Shown one piece after another: positions 49,220 through 58,493 of a DNA stretch of 64,000 bases. The first letter of the stretch is position 1. Each line of letters opens with the position of its first letter. Made by a program: the position numbers and the translations under genes. The DNA is from Vicinamibacteria bacterium. Lineage in GTDB: Bacteria; Acidobacteriota; Vicinamibacteria; Marinacidobacterales; Marinacidobacteraceae. Below the pieces are notes generated by a model that was not told where the DNA came from, searched no databases, and was given only the letters and a program-made list of their open reading frames with translations. Location of the stretch: contig OZ219816.1 of assembly GCA_964291235.2 (NCBI GenBank), positions 1,984,001 through 2,048,000 of the forward strand, given 5' to 3'.

Positions 49220-50593
49220 CTAGGTGCTGCGGGCGAACAGGTCCTCGAGTTCGCAAAGTAGCGAATCGGGCTCGCCCGACGTGCCGACGGCGTCCTGTCC
49301 CATGAACAGGGCCACCCGGTCGCCGGCAACGAAGCGGGTGTCGCCGTTCGGGACGAAGGGCGCCGACGGGGCGCGGACCACCTCGCCGACGATGCAGGTG
49401 TGCGGGACGTGGAGGGCGCGGAGTGGCGCCCGGGTCGCCGGGCTGCCTTCGGCAACCTCGATCTCCACGAGTTCCCCACCGCCCTCCACGAAATCGAGGC
49501 GGACCATGGCGCGGCCATGCAGAAGCTTCATGAGAGCTCCCGCGGAGACCTCTCCCGGAGAAATCGGATAGTCCACCCCGAGATCCTCCATGGCCTCGTG
49601 GAGATCGTCCCGGTTGTGAAGGGCCACGGTGCGCCGGGCGCCGGCTTTCTTCGCCAGGTGGGCCGCCATCAGGTTCACCTCGTCGGCATCCGTCGCGGCC
49701 ACGAAGAAGTCCGCATCGCCTACCTCGGCTTCCTGGAGAATGTCCTCGTCGGTCGCATCGCCCACGATGGTGTGGGCGGCCAGCGGGAACCCCGAGGTCG
49801 GATGCCGGCGGATGGCGGTGAGGTCCACGCCGTCGTCGAGCAGGAGTTCTCCCAGCCGGTGGCCAACCTGTCCCAGACCCGCAACCACCACGCGCCGGGC
49901 CGGCCGCTGGTCCACGCCGATCGCCTTCAGGAAGTTCCGCGCCTCGTTGGCCGGCCCCACCGCGAAGACCTCGTCGCCCTCCCGGACCTGAGCCCGGCCG
50001 CGCGGGATCTCGAGTGGTCCGCCGCCCTTGCGGAGAATCCCGGTAAGGATCCAGCCGCGCGGCCCGGTGTCGATCTCCTCGAGCGGCCGGTCGAACGGCG
50101 CCGGCGGCTGGGGCGCGGCGCGCAGCAGCACGAGCACCCCGTCTCCGAAGGAGCGGACCGACTGCGCACCCGGATAGCGCAGGATGCCGAGGATCTCTTT
50201 AGCGACCAGCTCCTCCGGGAAAATGGTCTCGATCGCCCGTGGCCGGCCCTGCTCGGCCAGCAGCGGATTCTCCCGGTGCCGCTGGTCGCTCAGGCGGACC
50301 ACCGCGCGCTGTACCCCGATCGCCGGATCGGTGGCCGTCAGGGCGGCGAGCATGTTCGTGGCGTCGTCGTTGGTGAGCGCAAACAACACGTCGGCGCCCG
50401 CGCAGTTCTGGGTGAGGATCGCCGGGACCCGGGCATCACCCTCGGCAATCGCGATGTCGTACTTCCGCTGCAGATGGATCCGGGTGTCGGAATCCCGCTC
50501 CACGAGGGTGATGTCGTGGTGCTCCGGGAGCTGGCTCAACTGCCGGATCAGGTGTTCCCCCATCCGGCCCGCACCCAGGACTGCGAGATGCAT
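49220..50593 (-). CDS. trkA: Trk potassium uptake regulatory subunit
   Basis: Two RCK/NAD-binding halves (GAGRMG and GLGQVG); upstream of trkH. Confidence 0.9.
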   Translation of the reverse strand: MHLAVLGAGRMGEHLIRQLSQLPEHHDITLVERDSDTRIHLQRKYDIAIAEGDARVPAILTQNCAGADVLFALTNDDATNMLAALTATDPAIGVQRAVVRLSDQRHRENPLLAEQGRPRAIETIFPEELVAKEILGILRYPGAQSVRSFGDGVLVLLRAAPQPPAPFDRPLEEIDTGPRGWILTGILRKGGGPLEIPRGRAQVREGDEVFAVGPANEARNFLKAIGVDQRPARRVVVAGLGQVGHRLGELLLDDGVDLTAIRRHPTSGFPLAAHTIVGDATDEDILQEAEVGDADFFVAATDADEVNLMAAHLAKKAGARRTVALHNRDDLHEAMEDLGVDYPISPGEVSAGALMKLLHGRAMVRLDFVEGGGELVEIEVAEGSPATRAPLRALHVPHTCIVGEVVRAPSAPFVPNGDTRFVAGDRVALFMGQDAVGTSGEPDSLLCELEDLFARST

Positions 50594-50694
50594 GAAAGAT
50601 CCTCCCCCGGGGCCCGCGGCGCGGAGAAACTACCCTAAACGGCCTGTGAACGAAATGAGGCGCCCCCGTTCCTCCGGTTCGGGCTACTGACCGC

Positions 50695-51756
50695 GTGTCC
50701 GAGGAAAGGCTGCCCGAGGGGAAGGTCCCGCCCCGCCTGTTGCGGGAGTTGCTCGAGCGACTCGGGGACGGCGCCGGGCTCGAAATCGGCCCCGCGACCG
50801 GTGAGGATGCCGCGGTAGCACTCGCCGGCAGCGAGCCGCGGCTGGTGCTCGCCGCGGATCCGATCACGTTTCCGGCGGCTGATCCGGGCTGGCACGCGGT
50901 GATCGTGAATGCCAACGACGTGGCCGCCACCGGTGGTGAGTCGCGCTGGTTCCTCTCCTCGGTGCTCCTCCCTCCCGGAACGGGCGAAGCCCAGCTGGCG
51001 GGGATCGCCGAGGGGATCCGCCGCGGGTGTGAGGAAGTGGGCGCGGTTCCGGCGGGCGGTCACACCGAGATCACCGCGGCGGTCCGGCGCCCGGTGGTCG
51101 CCGGCACGATGGTGGGCACCGCGACGCCCGAGCGGATCAAACCGAGCGGGGGCGCCCGGGAAGGCGACATGCTCGTCATCACCAAGGGAATCGCCATCGA
51201 GGCCACCGCGATCCTCGCCACCGACCGGGCCGAAGACGTCGGGCGAACCTTCGGAGCGGACTTCCAGCGGCGCGCCGCCACGTTCCTGCGCGATCCGGGG
51301 ATCAGCGTCGTCGACGAAGCCCGGATCGCTGCCGGCCTGCTCGAAGTGCACGCGATGCACGACGTCACCGAAGGGGGGATCGCCGCCGCGGTCCGGGAGA
51401 TGGCCGACGCCGCGGAACTTGGGGCCGCCCTCGCGGAGGCCGAGATTCCCCGCTACTACGAGGCGAAACGGCTAATGCAGCACTTCGGCCTCGACATTCT
51501 GGGCGCCATCGGTTCGGGCGCCCTCCTGATCGCCTGCGGCGAACCGGGGACCGGGGAACTGCTGGAGCGCTTCGAAAAAGCCGGGATTCCCGCGTTCGTC
51601 ATCGGGCGCTTCCTGCGGCGCTCCGCCGGGATGCAACTGCTGCGGGGATCCGTACGCCGCGATCTGCCCGTCTTCGAAGTGGACGAGCTGGCCCGGCTCG
51701 GAGCGGACGGACGCGACGGACTCGCGAAGAGCGGGCGTCAGCGTCCTCGCGCCTAG
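50695..51756 (+). CDS. AIR synthase-related (HypE/ThiL/PurM superfamily) protein
   Basis: GEDAAV, DPIT, NANDVA, GGHTE and MHDVTEGG motifs. Confidence 0.85.
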   Translation: MSEERLPEGKVPPRLLRELLERLGDGAGLEIGPATGEDAAVALAGSEPRLVLAADPITFPAADPGWHAVIVNANDVAATGGESRWFLSSVLLPPGTGEAQLAGIAEGIRRGCEEVGAVPAGGHTEITAAVRRPVVAGTMVGTATPERIKPSGGAREGDMLVITKGIAIEATAILATDRAEDVGRTFGADFQRRAATFLRDPGISVVDEARIAAGLLEVHAMHDVTEGGIAAAVREMADAAELGAALAEAEIPRYYEAKRLMQHFGLDILGAIGSGALLIACGEPGTGELLERFEKAGIPAFVIGRFLRRSAGMQLLRGSVRRDLPVFEVDELARLGADGRDGLAKSGRQRPRA

Positions 51757-51757
51757 A

Positions 51758-52219
51758 ATGCACCGGATGCCGCGTCCCCGCGCCCGGAGCGCCAACGCGT
51801 TCGGACTGCTGCTTTTGGCCGGACTCCTCATCACCGGTTGCAACTCGGGGACCACGCCCGGGTTCCCCGTTCCCGACTTCCAGGTTGCGCTCGACAACCC
51901 GTTCCCGCTTCGGCTGGGTGATCTCGGCTACGTTCAGGCCCCGGACGGCTTCTTGTATCTGAGCATCCAGTCGGTGGGCATCGACACTCGTTGCCCACCG
52001 GATTCCACCTGCGATGAACCCGGTTTCCTGGAAGTGTTCATGGAGCTTGAGACCGCCGAATCCCAGGGGTCGTCGGCAATGCAGATTCCGCCCGCGGGGG
52101 ATGGGGTCATCACCTATCGGGGTTTCGAGATCCGGGCCCACGAGGTGCAGCCTCCCGGCCGGGCGGGCCGGATCCCGCCCACCGATTACATCCTTCTGAT
52201 GTCGGTCACGCGGCGGTAG
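51758..52219 (+). CDS. Hypothetical lipoprotein
   Basis: Lipobox LITGC; DTRCPPDSTC Cys pair. Confidence 0.65.
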   Translation: MHRMPRPRARSANAFGLLLLAGLLITGCNSGTTPGFPVPDFQVALDNPFPLRLGDLGYVQAPDGFLYLSIQSVGIDTRCPPDSTCDEPGFLEVFMELETAESQGSSAMQIPPAGDGVITYRGFEIRAHEVQPPGRAGRIPPTDYILLMSVTRR

Positions 52220-52301
52220 CAGCCTGTGGCAAGACCCCCACAGCCCAGTCCTCCCGGTGGGGGTCTCGGCGCTCACGGGAGTCTCACCACAGGACTGCCA
52301 G
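52217..52301. mobile_element. Internally deleted family-A MITE carrying an inverted 18-bp unit (copy 5, 52245-52262)
   Basis: Ends TAGCAGCCTGTGGCAAGACCCCC and CTCGGCGCTCACGGGAGTCTCACCACAGGACTGCCAG match the 14894-15134 element; the interior contains the reverse complement of CCCCACCGGGAGGACTGG. Confidence 0.7.
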
Positions 52302-52364
52302 GCGAGCACCGGCCGTTCGGAACCTAGAATCCCGGCTTCGCCGAGCGCGGAAACGGAGGAATTC

Positions 52365-53447
52365 ATGCGTTACTTCAAGGACATCCTGACAATCACCGGA
52401 GCGGCGGTGCTGGTCGGATCCGCCGCGTGCGGCGGAAGCGAAATGGAGGAGCCTGCGGAACCGCAGGAAATGGTTTCGGAGCACGACGACTTCCCCAACC
52501 CCTTCACCGCCGAAGCGATGTGGGGCGACCTGCCCGGCGATCGCACCTGGGGTGCGGTCAGCGCCATCTATCCGGCCGCCGACGGCAACCTGTGGGCGGC
52601 GGAGCGGTGCGGGGCCAACTTCTGCGGCGACCGGCCGGACGTGGACACCGTCGTCCTCTTCAGCCCCGAGGGTGAAGCGCTGCAGAGTTTCGGCGCCGGC
52701 CTCATCGCCTGGCCCCACGGGATGTTCGTGGACCATGAAGGCAACGTCTGGGTCACCGACGCGAAGGGCTTCGTTCCCGACGAGCGGGTGCCGGAAGGCC
52801 TCGGCCACTTCGTCATCAAGTTCAGCCCCGAAGGCGAGGTGCTGATGCGGCTCGGCGAGCCCGGGATGGCGGGAGACGCGGACGGACAGTTCAACATGCC
52901 CTCCGATGTGCTCGTGACGCCGGACGGCGTCATCTTCGTAGCCGACGGCCACAACGCTTCGGGGAACAACCGGATCGTCAAGTTCTCGGCGGACGGGGAG
53001 TTCCTGATGAGCTTCGGGGAGACGGGAACCGGCCCCGGTCAGTTCCGGGATCCGCACGCCCTGGCGCTCGATTCGATGGGCCGTCTCTTCGTGGGTGACC
53101 GGGCCAACAACCGCATCCAGCTCTTCGACCAGGAAGGCAACTTCATCGAGGAGTGGCTGCAGTTCGGGCGGCCGAGCGGCGTCTTCATCACCGCCGACGA
53201 CACGATCTATGTCGCGGATTCCGAGTCCACCTCGGAAGCGAACCCGGGCTTCGGCCGGGGCATCCGGGTCGGGAGCGCCGTTGACGGCACGGTCCACTAC
53301 TACCTGCCGGACGACGTGTCGGATCTCGAGCCCGGCGCGGAACCCGTCACCAGCGGACCGGAAGGCATCGCGGTGGACGCGATGGGGAACGTCTATGGGG
53401 GCGAGGTCCGCCAACAGATGGTCCGAAAGTTCACGCGGAGCGAGTAG
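52365..53447 (+). CDS. NHL-repeat beta-propeller lipoprotein (peptidyl-alpha-hydroxyglycine amidating lyase-like)
   Basis: Lipobox SAAC; PHGMFVD, FNMPSDV, FVADG, DPHALA and DRANNRIQ repeats. Confidence 0.85.
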   Translation: MRYFKDILTITGAAVLVGSAACGGSEMEEPAEPQEMVSEHDDFPNPFTAEAMWGDLPGDRTWGAVSAIYPAADGNLWAAERCGANFCGDRPDVDTVVLFSPEGEALQSFGAGLIAWPHGMFVDHEGNVWVTDAKGFVPDERVPEGLGHFVIKFSPEGEVLMRLGEPGMAGDADGQFNMPSDVLVTPDGVIFVADGHNASGNNRIVKFSADGEFLMSFGETGTGPGQFRDPHALALDSMGRLFVGDRANNRIQLFDQEGNFIEEWLQFGRPSGVFITADDTIYVADSESTSEANPGFGRGIRVGSAVDGTVHYYLPDDVSDLEPGAEPVTSGPEGIAVDAMGNVYGGEVRQQMVRKFTRSE

Positions 53448-53455
53448 CCGGCGGC

Positions 53456-54049
53456 GTGTCCTGCGCGGGTGTCGCCGCGGTCTCTTTCGACGTGGACGGC
53501 ACTCTCTTTTCCGACCGCTTTCTCAGGATCGAGGTCGCGCTGGAGGCCATCCGGCGGGGTTCACCCGGGCCCCTCCTCGAACTCGGTCGGCTTGCCCGGC
53601 GCGCCGAATCCTCCCGGCGCGCCGGCGCTCTCGACCCTGCCTGGGAGTCTGACCGTCCCGGCCGTCTCGAAGCGGAGGATCGTCTGCTGCTTCCGGTCAT
53701 CCGGCGCCGGGGGCCCCGGGCCGGCGCCGCCGGCCTCCTGGCCCGCCTCCGTCCCCGCCCCGTCATCGCCGTCTCGGACTTCGTCGCGGAAGCCAAGCTG
53801 CGGGCGCTCGGCCTCCGCGACCGTTTCGATCACACCTACGCCGCCGAGGCCCATGGCGCCCTGAAGCCCGATCCCCGGGTCTTTCACGCCGCCCTCGCCG
53901 ACCTCCGCATCCTGCCGGCCGCCCTTCTCCACATCGGCAACCGGCCGGACACCGACGGAGAAGCCGCCCGCGCCGCCGGCTGCCGCGTCCTCATCCTGGG
54001 CGCCGACATTGCGTCGCTCGGCGAGGTCGAGAACCTGCTCGAACCCTGA
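53456..54049 (+). CDS. HAD-superfamily hydrolase
   Basis: FDVDGTL (motif I), KPDP (motif III) and HIGNRPDTD (motif IV variant). Confidence 0.8.
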   Translation: MSCAGVAAVSFDVDGTLFSDRFLRIEVALEAIRRGSPGPLLELGRLARRAESSRRAGALDPAWESDRPGRLEAEDRLLLPVIRRRGPRAGAAGLLARLRPRPVIAVSDFVAEAKLRALGLRDRFDHTYAAEAHGALKPDPRVFHAALADLRILPAALLHIGNRPDTDGEAARAAGCRVLILGADIASLGEVENLLEP

Positions 54050-54150
54050 GTCCAGGCGGCCCCTGGCAGCGAAAGCTCGCGAATCCGGACACAATGGGAC
54101 GGTGGCGCGCCGGCCGGCCGCCGCCCCAACCCTCCGAGGAGGTGCTGTCA

Positions 54151-55296
54151 ATGAAGATCGAACCGGTGGTAATGACCACTCTCGCCGCCGCCGGGTTCGC
54201 CCTGCTGTCCGGCTGCGCGGGCGAGCCTCCGGACCGGATGGAGCCCGCGTCCCCGGGACCGGCGGTCAAGGGCGGCGACGACCGGACCGGCGAGTACGAC
54301 CCGGTCCCCGGCTGGTGGAAACCCGCGCCGGACCATGTGGAACCCTGGGTCTGGGGACAGGTTTCGGGGGTGGCGGTGGACACCCCGGACCGGATCCTCG
54401 TGGGCATCTGGGGCGACCGGGATGCCGAGGGCCGCGAGCGCGAGGGGAGCACCAACTACGTTGTCGCCGTGGACCGGGACGGCAACATCACCGAGAACTG
54501 GTCCCAATGGGACTCGATCTTCAACAAGCCCCACCAGCTCTACATCAGTCCCTACGACCCCGAGCGCCACGTCTGGATCGTGGAGCGCGGGGGCGGCAAG
54601 AACGTCCACATGCAGATCCTCAAGTTCTCGAACGACGGGAGCGAACTGGTGATGCAGCTCGTAGATCCGGATCACCCCACCACCCGGGCGGAGGCGCGCG
54701 CCAACCCGAACCCGGGCCCCTTCGAGTACGGCGATCCCGCGGTGATGGCGTTCCTGCCGAACGGCGACTTTCTGGTCGGTGACGGCTACTGGCACTCACG
54801 GATCATCAAGTACAACGCGGAGGGCGAGCACCTGATGGAGTGGGGCGAACTTGGAAGCGGTCCGGGACAGTTCGACCTGGTTCACGGGCTGGCGGTGGAC
54901 CGGAACCGCCGCGTTTACGTCGGAGATCGCTCCAACGACCGGGTCCAGATCTTCACCGAGGACGGCGAGTACATCGACGAGTGGCCCGACATCTCCGACC
55001 CGGTCGGGGTCTTCATCGACGAGAACGACGCCGTCTGGGTCATCTCCGCGGTGCTGAACCGCATCCTGAAGTACAGCCCGGACGGGGAACTCCAATACCA
55101 CCTGGGCGCCTACGGGGGCACCCGGGGCGGCTTCCCCGGCGGCCTGTCGCGGCCGCACCAGATCGATGTGGACGAGGAGGGCAACCTCTACATCGCAAGT
55201 TGGGACGGGGGTTGGATGGACAAGTTCATTCCCAAGCCGGACGCGGATCCGACCAAACTGGTGGGAAGAGGGCTGGTTCTGGAGAACCCGGAATGA
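54151..55296 (+). CDS. NHL-repeat beta-propeller lipoprotein (PAL-like)
   Basis: Lipobox LSGC; VGDGY, GPGQFDLVHGLAVD and DRSNDRVQ motifs. Confidence 0.85.
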   Translation: MKIEPVVMTTLAAAGFALLSGCAGEPPDRMEPASPGPAVKGGDDRTGEYDPVPGWWKPAPDHVEPWVWGQVSGVAVDTPDRILVGIWGDRDAEGREREGSTNYVVAVDRDGNITENWSQWDSIFNKPHQLYISPYDPERHVWIVERGGGKNVHMQILKFSNDGSELVMQLVDPDHPTTRAEARANPNPGPFEYGDPAVMAFLPNGDFLVGDGYWHSRIIKYNAEGEHLMEWGELGSGPGQFDLVHGLAVDRNRRVYVGDRSNDRVQIFTEDGEYIDEWPDISDPVGVFIDENDAVWVISAVLNRILKYSPDGELQYHLGAYGGTRGGFPGGLSRPHQIDVDEEGNLYIASWDGGWMDKFIPKPDADPTKLVGRGLVLENPE

Positions 55297-55356
55297 CCTG
55301 ATGTCATTCCCGCTCGCCTGCCGTCACCGGGGAGTCCACCCACCTGGAGTGCCGAC

Positions 55357-56361
55357 ATGACCCGCCAGACATCGATACCGCTGCTGGCCCTGGGGCTCAC
55401 CCTGCTTTGGCCCGCACCGCGCCTCGGCGCCCAGGTCGTGAACGAGGCCGGTGAGGAGATCGTCGCCACCTTCTCGATCGTCGCGCGTGATCCAGCCACC
55501 GGGGAACTGGGCGTGGCCGTGCAGTCGCGGGCGTTTCGCGCCGGCGCCATCGTTTCGTACGCCCGGGCGGGGGTCGGAGCCATCGCGACCCAGGCGGCGG
55601 CGAATCAGACCTACGGACCGCGCGGACTCGAACTCCTGGGGCTGGGGCTTTCGCCCGACGAGGTGGTCGAACACCTGACCGGTTCGGACCCGGGGCGTGA
55701 CCGCCGCCAACTCGCCGTCATCGACGACCGGGGACGGGTCCGCGCGTACACCGGATCCGCGACGAGCGCCTGGGCGGGACACCTCGAGGGCGAGAACTAC
55801 TCGGTACAAGGCAACATCCTGGCCGGAGAAGCGGTCGTCGCGGCGATGGCCGAGGCATTCGAGTCGTCCAGCGGGCCTCTCGCACTCCGGCTGATGGACG
55901 CCCTCGATGCCGGCGAGGCCGCCGGGGGCGACGCGCGCGGCAAGCAGGCGGGCGGGGTTTTGGTGGTGAAACCGATCGGCGACTCCGGCCGAACCAACGA
56001 CCGCTGGGTGGACGTACGGGTGGACGACCACGAAGAGCCGTTCAAGGAACTGCGCCGCCTGGTCAACATGTCCGTTTCGCGCATTCACACGCGCGACGCC
56101 CGGACGCTCGCCGCGGCGGGCCGCTTCCCCGAAGCCATTGCCGCGCAGCGGGAAGCCATCGCCATCGTGCCCGGGGAAGATCAGCTCTATTACGGGCTGG
56201 CCCGGCTCTACGCCCGCGCGGGCGACGCCGCGGGTGCGGTAGCGGCGCTCGGCCAAGCCATCGGTATCGACGCGCGCTGGCGCGAACTGGCGGCATCACA
56301 GACCGACTTCGACACCATCCGCGAAAACGCGGCGTTCCAGAGACTGCTTACCAGCCGGTAG
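55357..56361 (+). CDS. DUF1028 (Ntn-hydrolase-like) protein with C-terminal TPR
   Basis: TFSIVARD, GAIATQA, QGNIL, GGDARGKQ and RVDDHEEP motifs; signal peptide. Confidence 0.88.
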   Translation: MTRQTSIPLLALGLTLLWPAPRLGAQVVNEAGEEIVATFSIVARDPATGELGVAVQSRAFRAGAIVSYARAGVGAIATQAAANQTYGPRGLELLGLGLSPDEVVEHLTGSDPGRDRRQLAVIDDRGRVRAYTGSATSAWAGHLEGENYSVQGNILAGEAVVAAMAEAFESSSGPLALRLMDALDAGEAAGGDARGKQAGGVLVVKPIGDSGRTNDRWVDVRVDDHEEPFKELRRLVNMSVSRIHTRDARTLAAAGRFPEAIAAQREAIAIVPGEDQLYYGLARLYARAGDAAGAVAALGQAIGIDARWRELAASQTDFDTIRENAAFQRLLTSR

Positions 56362-56385
56362 GGAAAACCCGGGAGGAACCCTGTC

Positions 56386-56868
56386 ATGACCCATCGCCAG
56401 ATCCCGCTTCTGTTCGCTCTGACGTTACCCCTGGCCTGCGCCACCGAAACCGCCCCCCAGCAGGAGACTCCCGAGGAGGCTGCCGGGCTGGAGCGGCACT
56501 ACATCAACCCCCGCTCGGCGGCGGATCCCGATGTACCGCCCTTCAGCGGCGGCGTGATGGTGGGCGACACCTTCTACGTCGCGGGAACCATCGGGCTGCT
56601 CCCCGATCAGACGGTGCCCGAGACCGCCCAGGAAGAGGCTCGCCTCGTCATGACCAGTGTGCAAAACACCCTGGAGGCGGCCGGACTGACCATGGACGAC
56701 CTGGTATTCGTGCAGGTCTATTCGTCGGACGTCGCGGACTACGACGCCTTCAACGAGGTGTACCGCACGTTCTTCACCCAGGAATACCCGGCCCGCGCCT
56801 ACCTGGGCTCGGGCACGCTGCTCTTCGGGGCGCGGTTCGAGGTGCTGGGGTTCGCGGCGAAGCGCTAG
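56386..56868 (+). CDS. RidA/YjgF family protein with lipoprotein signal
   Basis: PPFS, FNEVY..FF, PAR (catalytic Arg) and FEV motifs; N-terminal LPLAC lipobox. Confidence 0.85.
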   Translation: MTHRQIPLLFALTLPLACATETAPQQETPEEAAGLERHYINPRSAADPDVPPFSGGVMVGDTFYVAGTIGLLPDQTVPETAQEEARLVMTSVQNTLEAAGLTMDDLVFVQVYSSDVADYDAFNEVYRTFFTQEYPARAYLGSGTLLFGARFEVLGFAAKR

Positions 56869-56984
56869 TTCGGATTTCTCATACTTCCGCCGTAGAGATC
56901 GATGCAGGATGGTGCTCCTCTTCGGCGGGAACCCAACTAGCCTTGATGTCGGACAGGCACGGGAGCCCCCTATAGGATCGGCGA

Positions 56985-57175
56985 CGTCCTGCGGGAGCCG
57001 AGATTCGGCTGCCGTTGTATCAACTCAGGTTGGCCAATCCGCCGGGAGTACTAACTGAGCCCCGGTGCCGCGAGCACCTACGGTGGACACGTACCCCGAC
57101 GGATGGCCGTGATGGACGACCAGTGGAGAGTCGGTTCCAATCGAGAACCAGTATAGGGGCTGGACAGCATCGCGG
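56985..57175 (+). ncRNA. Predicted IS110 bridge RNA (5' hairpin, target-binding loop, donor-binding loop)
   Basis: Two stem/internal-loop/hairpin modules (57032-57108 and 57111-57171) whose loop strands match the target flanks and the element ends; boundaries approximate. Confidence 0.8.
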
Positions 57176-57219
57176 CGCGGCGGACCTCCGGCGGAGCGCA
57201 AGCTCGAAGGAAGACAGCG

Positions 57220-58482
57220 ATGAAGCAGAAGCTGAGCTGGTTCGTGGGCATCGACTGGGGCGAGCAGAGCCACCAGGTGTGCCTGTGCGACAGGCGCGGG
57301 AAGGTGCGCGGGGAGCGCGCCTTCGCGCACAAGGGATCGGGGCTGGCGGCCCTGGTGAAGTGGCTTAGGAAGCAGACGGGTGTGCCGCCGGCGCGGGTGG
57401 CGGTCGCGATCGAGCGGCCGGATGGGGCGGTGGTGGCGACGCTGCTGGAGGCGGGGTTTGCGGTCTATGCGGTGAACCCGCGGCAGACGAGCCACCTGCG
57501 GAAGTTCATCTCCCACCCGGGGCACAAGAACGACCGGCGGGACGCCCGGATGTTGGCCACCACGCTGCAGGCGAGCCTGGCGGGGTTCCGCCTGCTGGTG
57601 CCGCTACCGGGGTTGGTGCTGCGGCTGCGGGAGCGGACCCGGACGGCGGACCGTCTGCTCCAGGAGCAGGTCCGGCAGTGCCTGCGGATCCGGAGTGCGC
57701 TGGTGGACTACTTCCCGCAACTGCTGGAGGTGGCCGGCGAGGCGAAGAACCTGGGGGCTCCGTTCTTCCGGGAGTTGTGGGCTCGGGCTTCTACGCCGGC
57801 GAAAGCGCGGAAGGTGTGGTTGTCCACGTTGGAGAAGCTGGTCCGGCGGTATGGAGTGACCCGGATCAGCGCCGCGCGGATCCAGGCGTTGTTCCGGGAG
57901 CCGGCGCTGGTGATGGCGCCGGGGGCGACCGAGGCGGCGGTGGAGACGATCCGCACGGCGCTCGCACAGTTGGAGGTTGTGCGGGCGGAACTCGTCCGGG
58001 CGGAGGGCCAGATGACCCAACTGCTGGACGAGTTCTCGGAGACGGCGGAGGCCGGGGGTGGTTCGGATGCCACGGGCCCGGATCTGGTGAGCGCGTTGCG
58101 CTCGCGCCCGGGCGCGGGGGACAAGGCGCTGGCCCGGTTGTTCGCCTGGGGCTTCGAGGCGCTCTCGGAGGGGAACTACCGCCGTCTGCGCGCCTACTGT
58201 GGGGTAGCCCCGATCGAGGACCAGTCCGGCAAGTCCGCACAGCTCCGGCAACGGCGCGCCGTTCCCAGTTCGCTGCAACACGCCACCTACATCCTGGCGC
58301 GGGGGGTCGTCCGCTGGGACGAGAAGGTGGCGGCCTACAACCGGAAGTTGAAGGCGGAAGGGAAGCACACGGCCCGGCGCCACCGGAGCATCGCGGATCA
58401 ACAACTCCGGGTGCTGTGCGCGATGGCCCGGAACCGAACCCTCTTTGATCCCAACTTCTCCCAGAAGCGGAGGGCCGCCTAA
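57220..58482 (+). CDS. IS110-family transposase/recombinase
   Basis: RuvC-like DEDD residues (GIDWG, AIERP, KNDRRDA), coiled-coil region, and a C-terminal domain with GVAPIEDQSGK (catalytic Ser). Confidence 0.95.
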   Translation: MKQKLSWFVGIDWGEQSHQVCLCDRRGKVRGERAFAHKGSGLAALVKWLRKQTGVPPARVAVAIERPDGAVVATLLEAGFAVYAVNPRQTSHLRKFISHPGHKNDRRDARMLATTLQASLAGFRLLVPLPGLVLRLRERTRTADRLLQEQVRQCLRIRSALVDYFPQLLEVAGEAKNLGAPFFRELWARASTPAKARKVWLSTLEKLVRRYGVTRISAARIQALFREPALVMAPGATEAAVETIRTALAQLEVVRAELVRAEGQMTQLLDEFSETAEAGGGSDATGPDLVSALRSRPGAGDKALARLFAWGFEALSEGNYRRLRAYCGVAPIEDQSGKSAQLRQRRAVPSSLQHATYILARGVVRWDEKVAAYNRKLKAEGKHTARRHRSIADQQLRVLCAMARNRTLFDPNFSQKRRAA

Positions 58483-58487
58483 CGCTC

Positions 58488-58493
58488 TTGCGT
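58488..58493 (+). promoter_or_regulatory. -35 hexamer of the IS110 circle-junction promoter
   Basis: TTGCGT lies exactly 17 nt from TAGGAT (56973-56978) once the right end is joined to the left end through the core. Confidence 0.7.

Noticed and set aside
57015-57368. Small upstream ORF in IS110
   Set aside because: It overlaps the structured bridge-RNA region and the transposase out of frame, with no recognisable motif.
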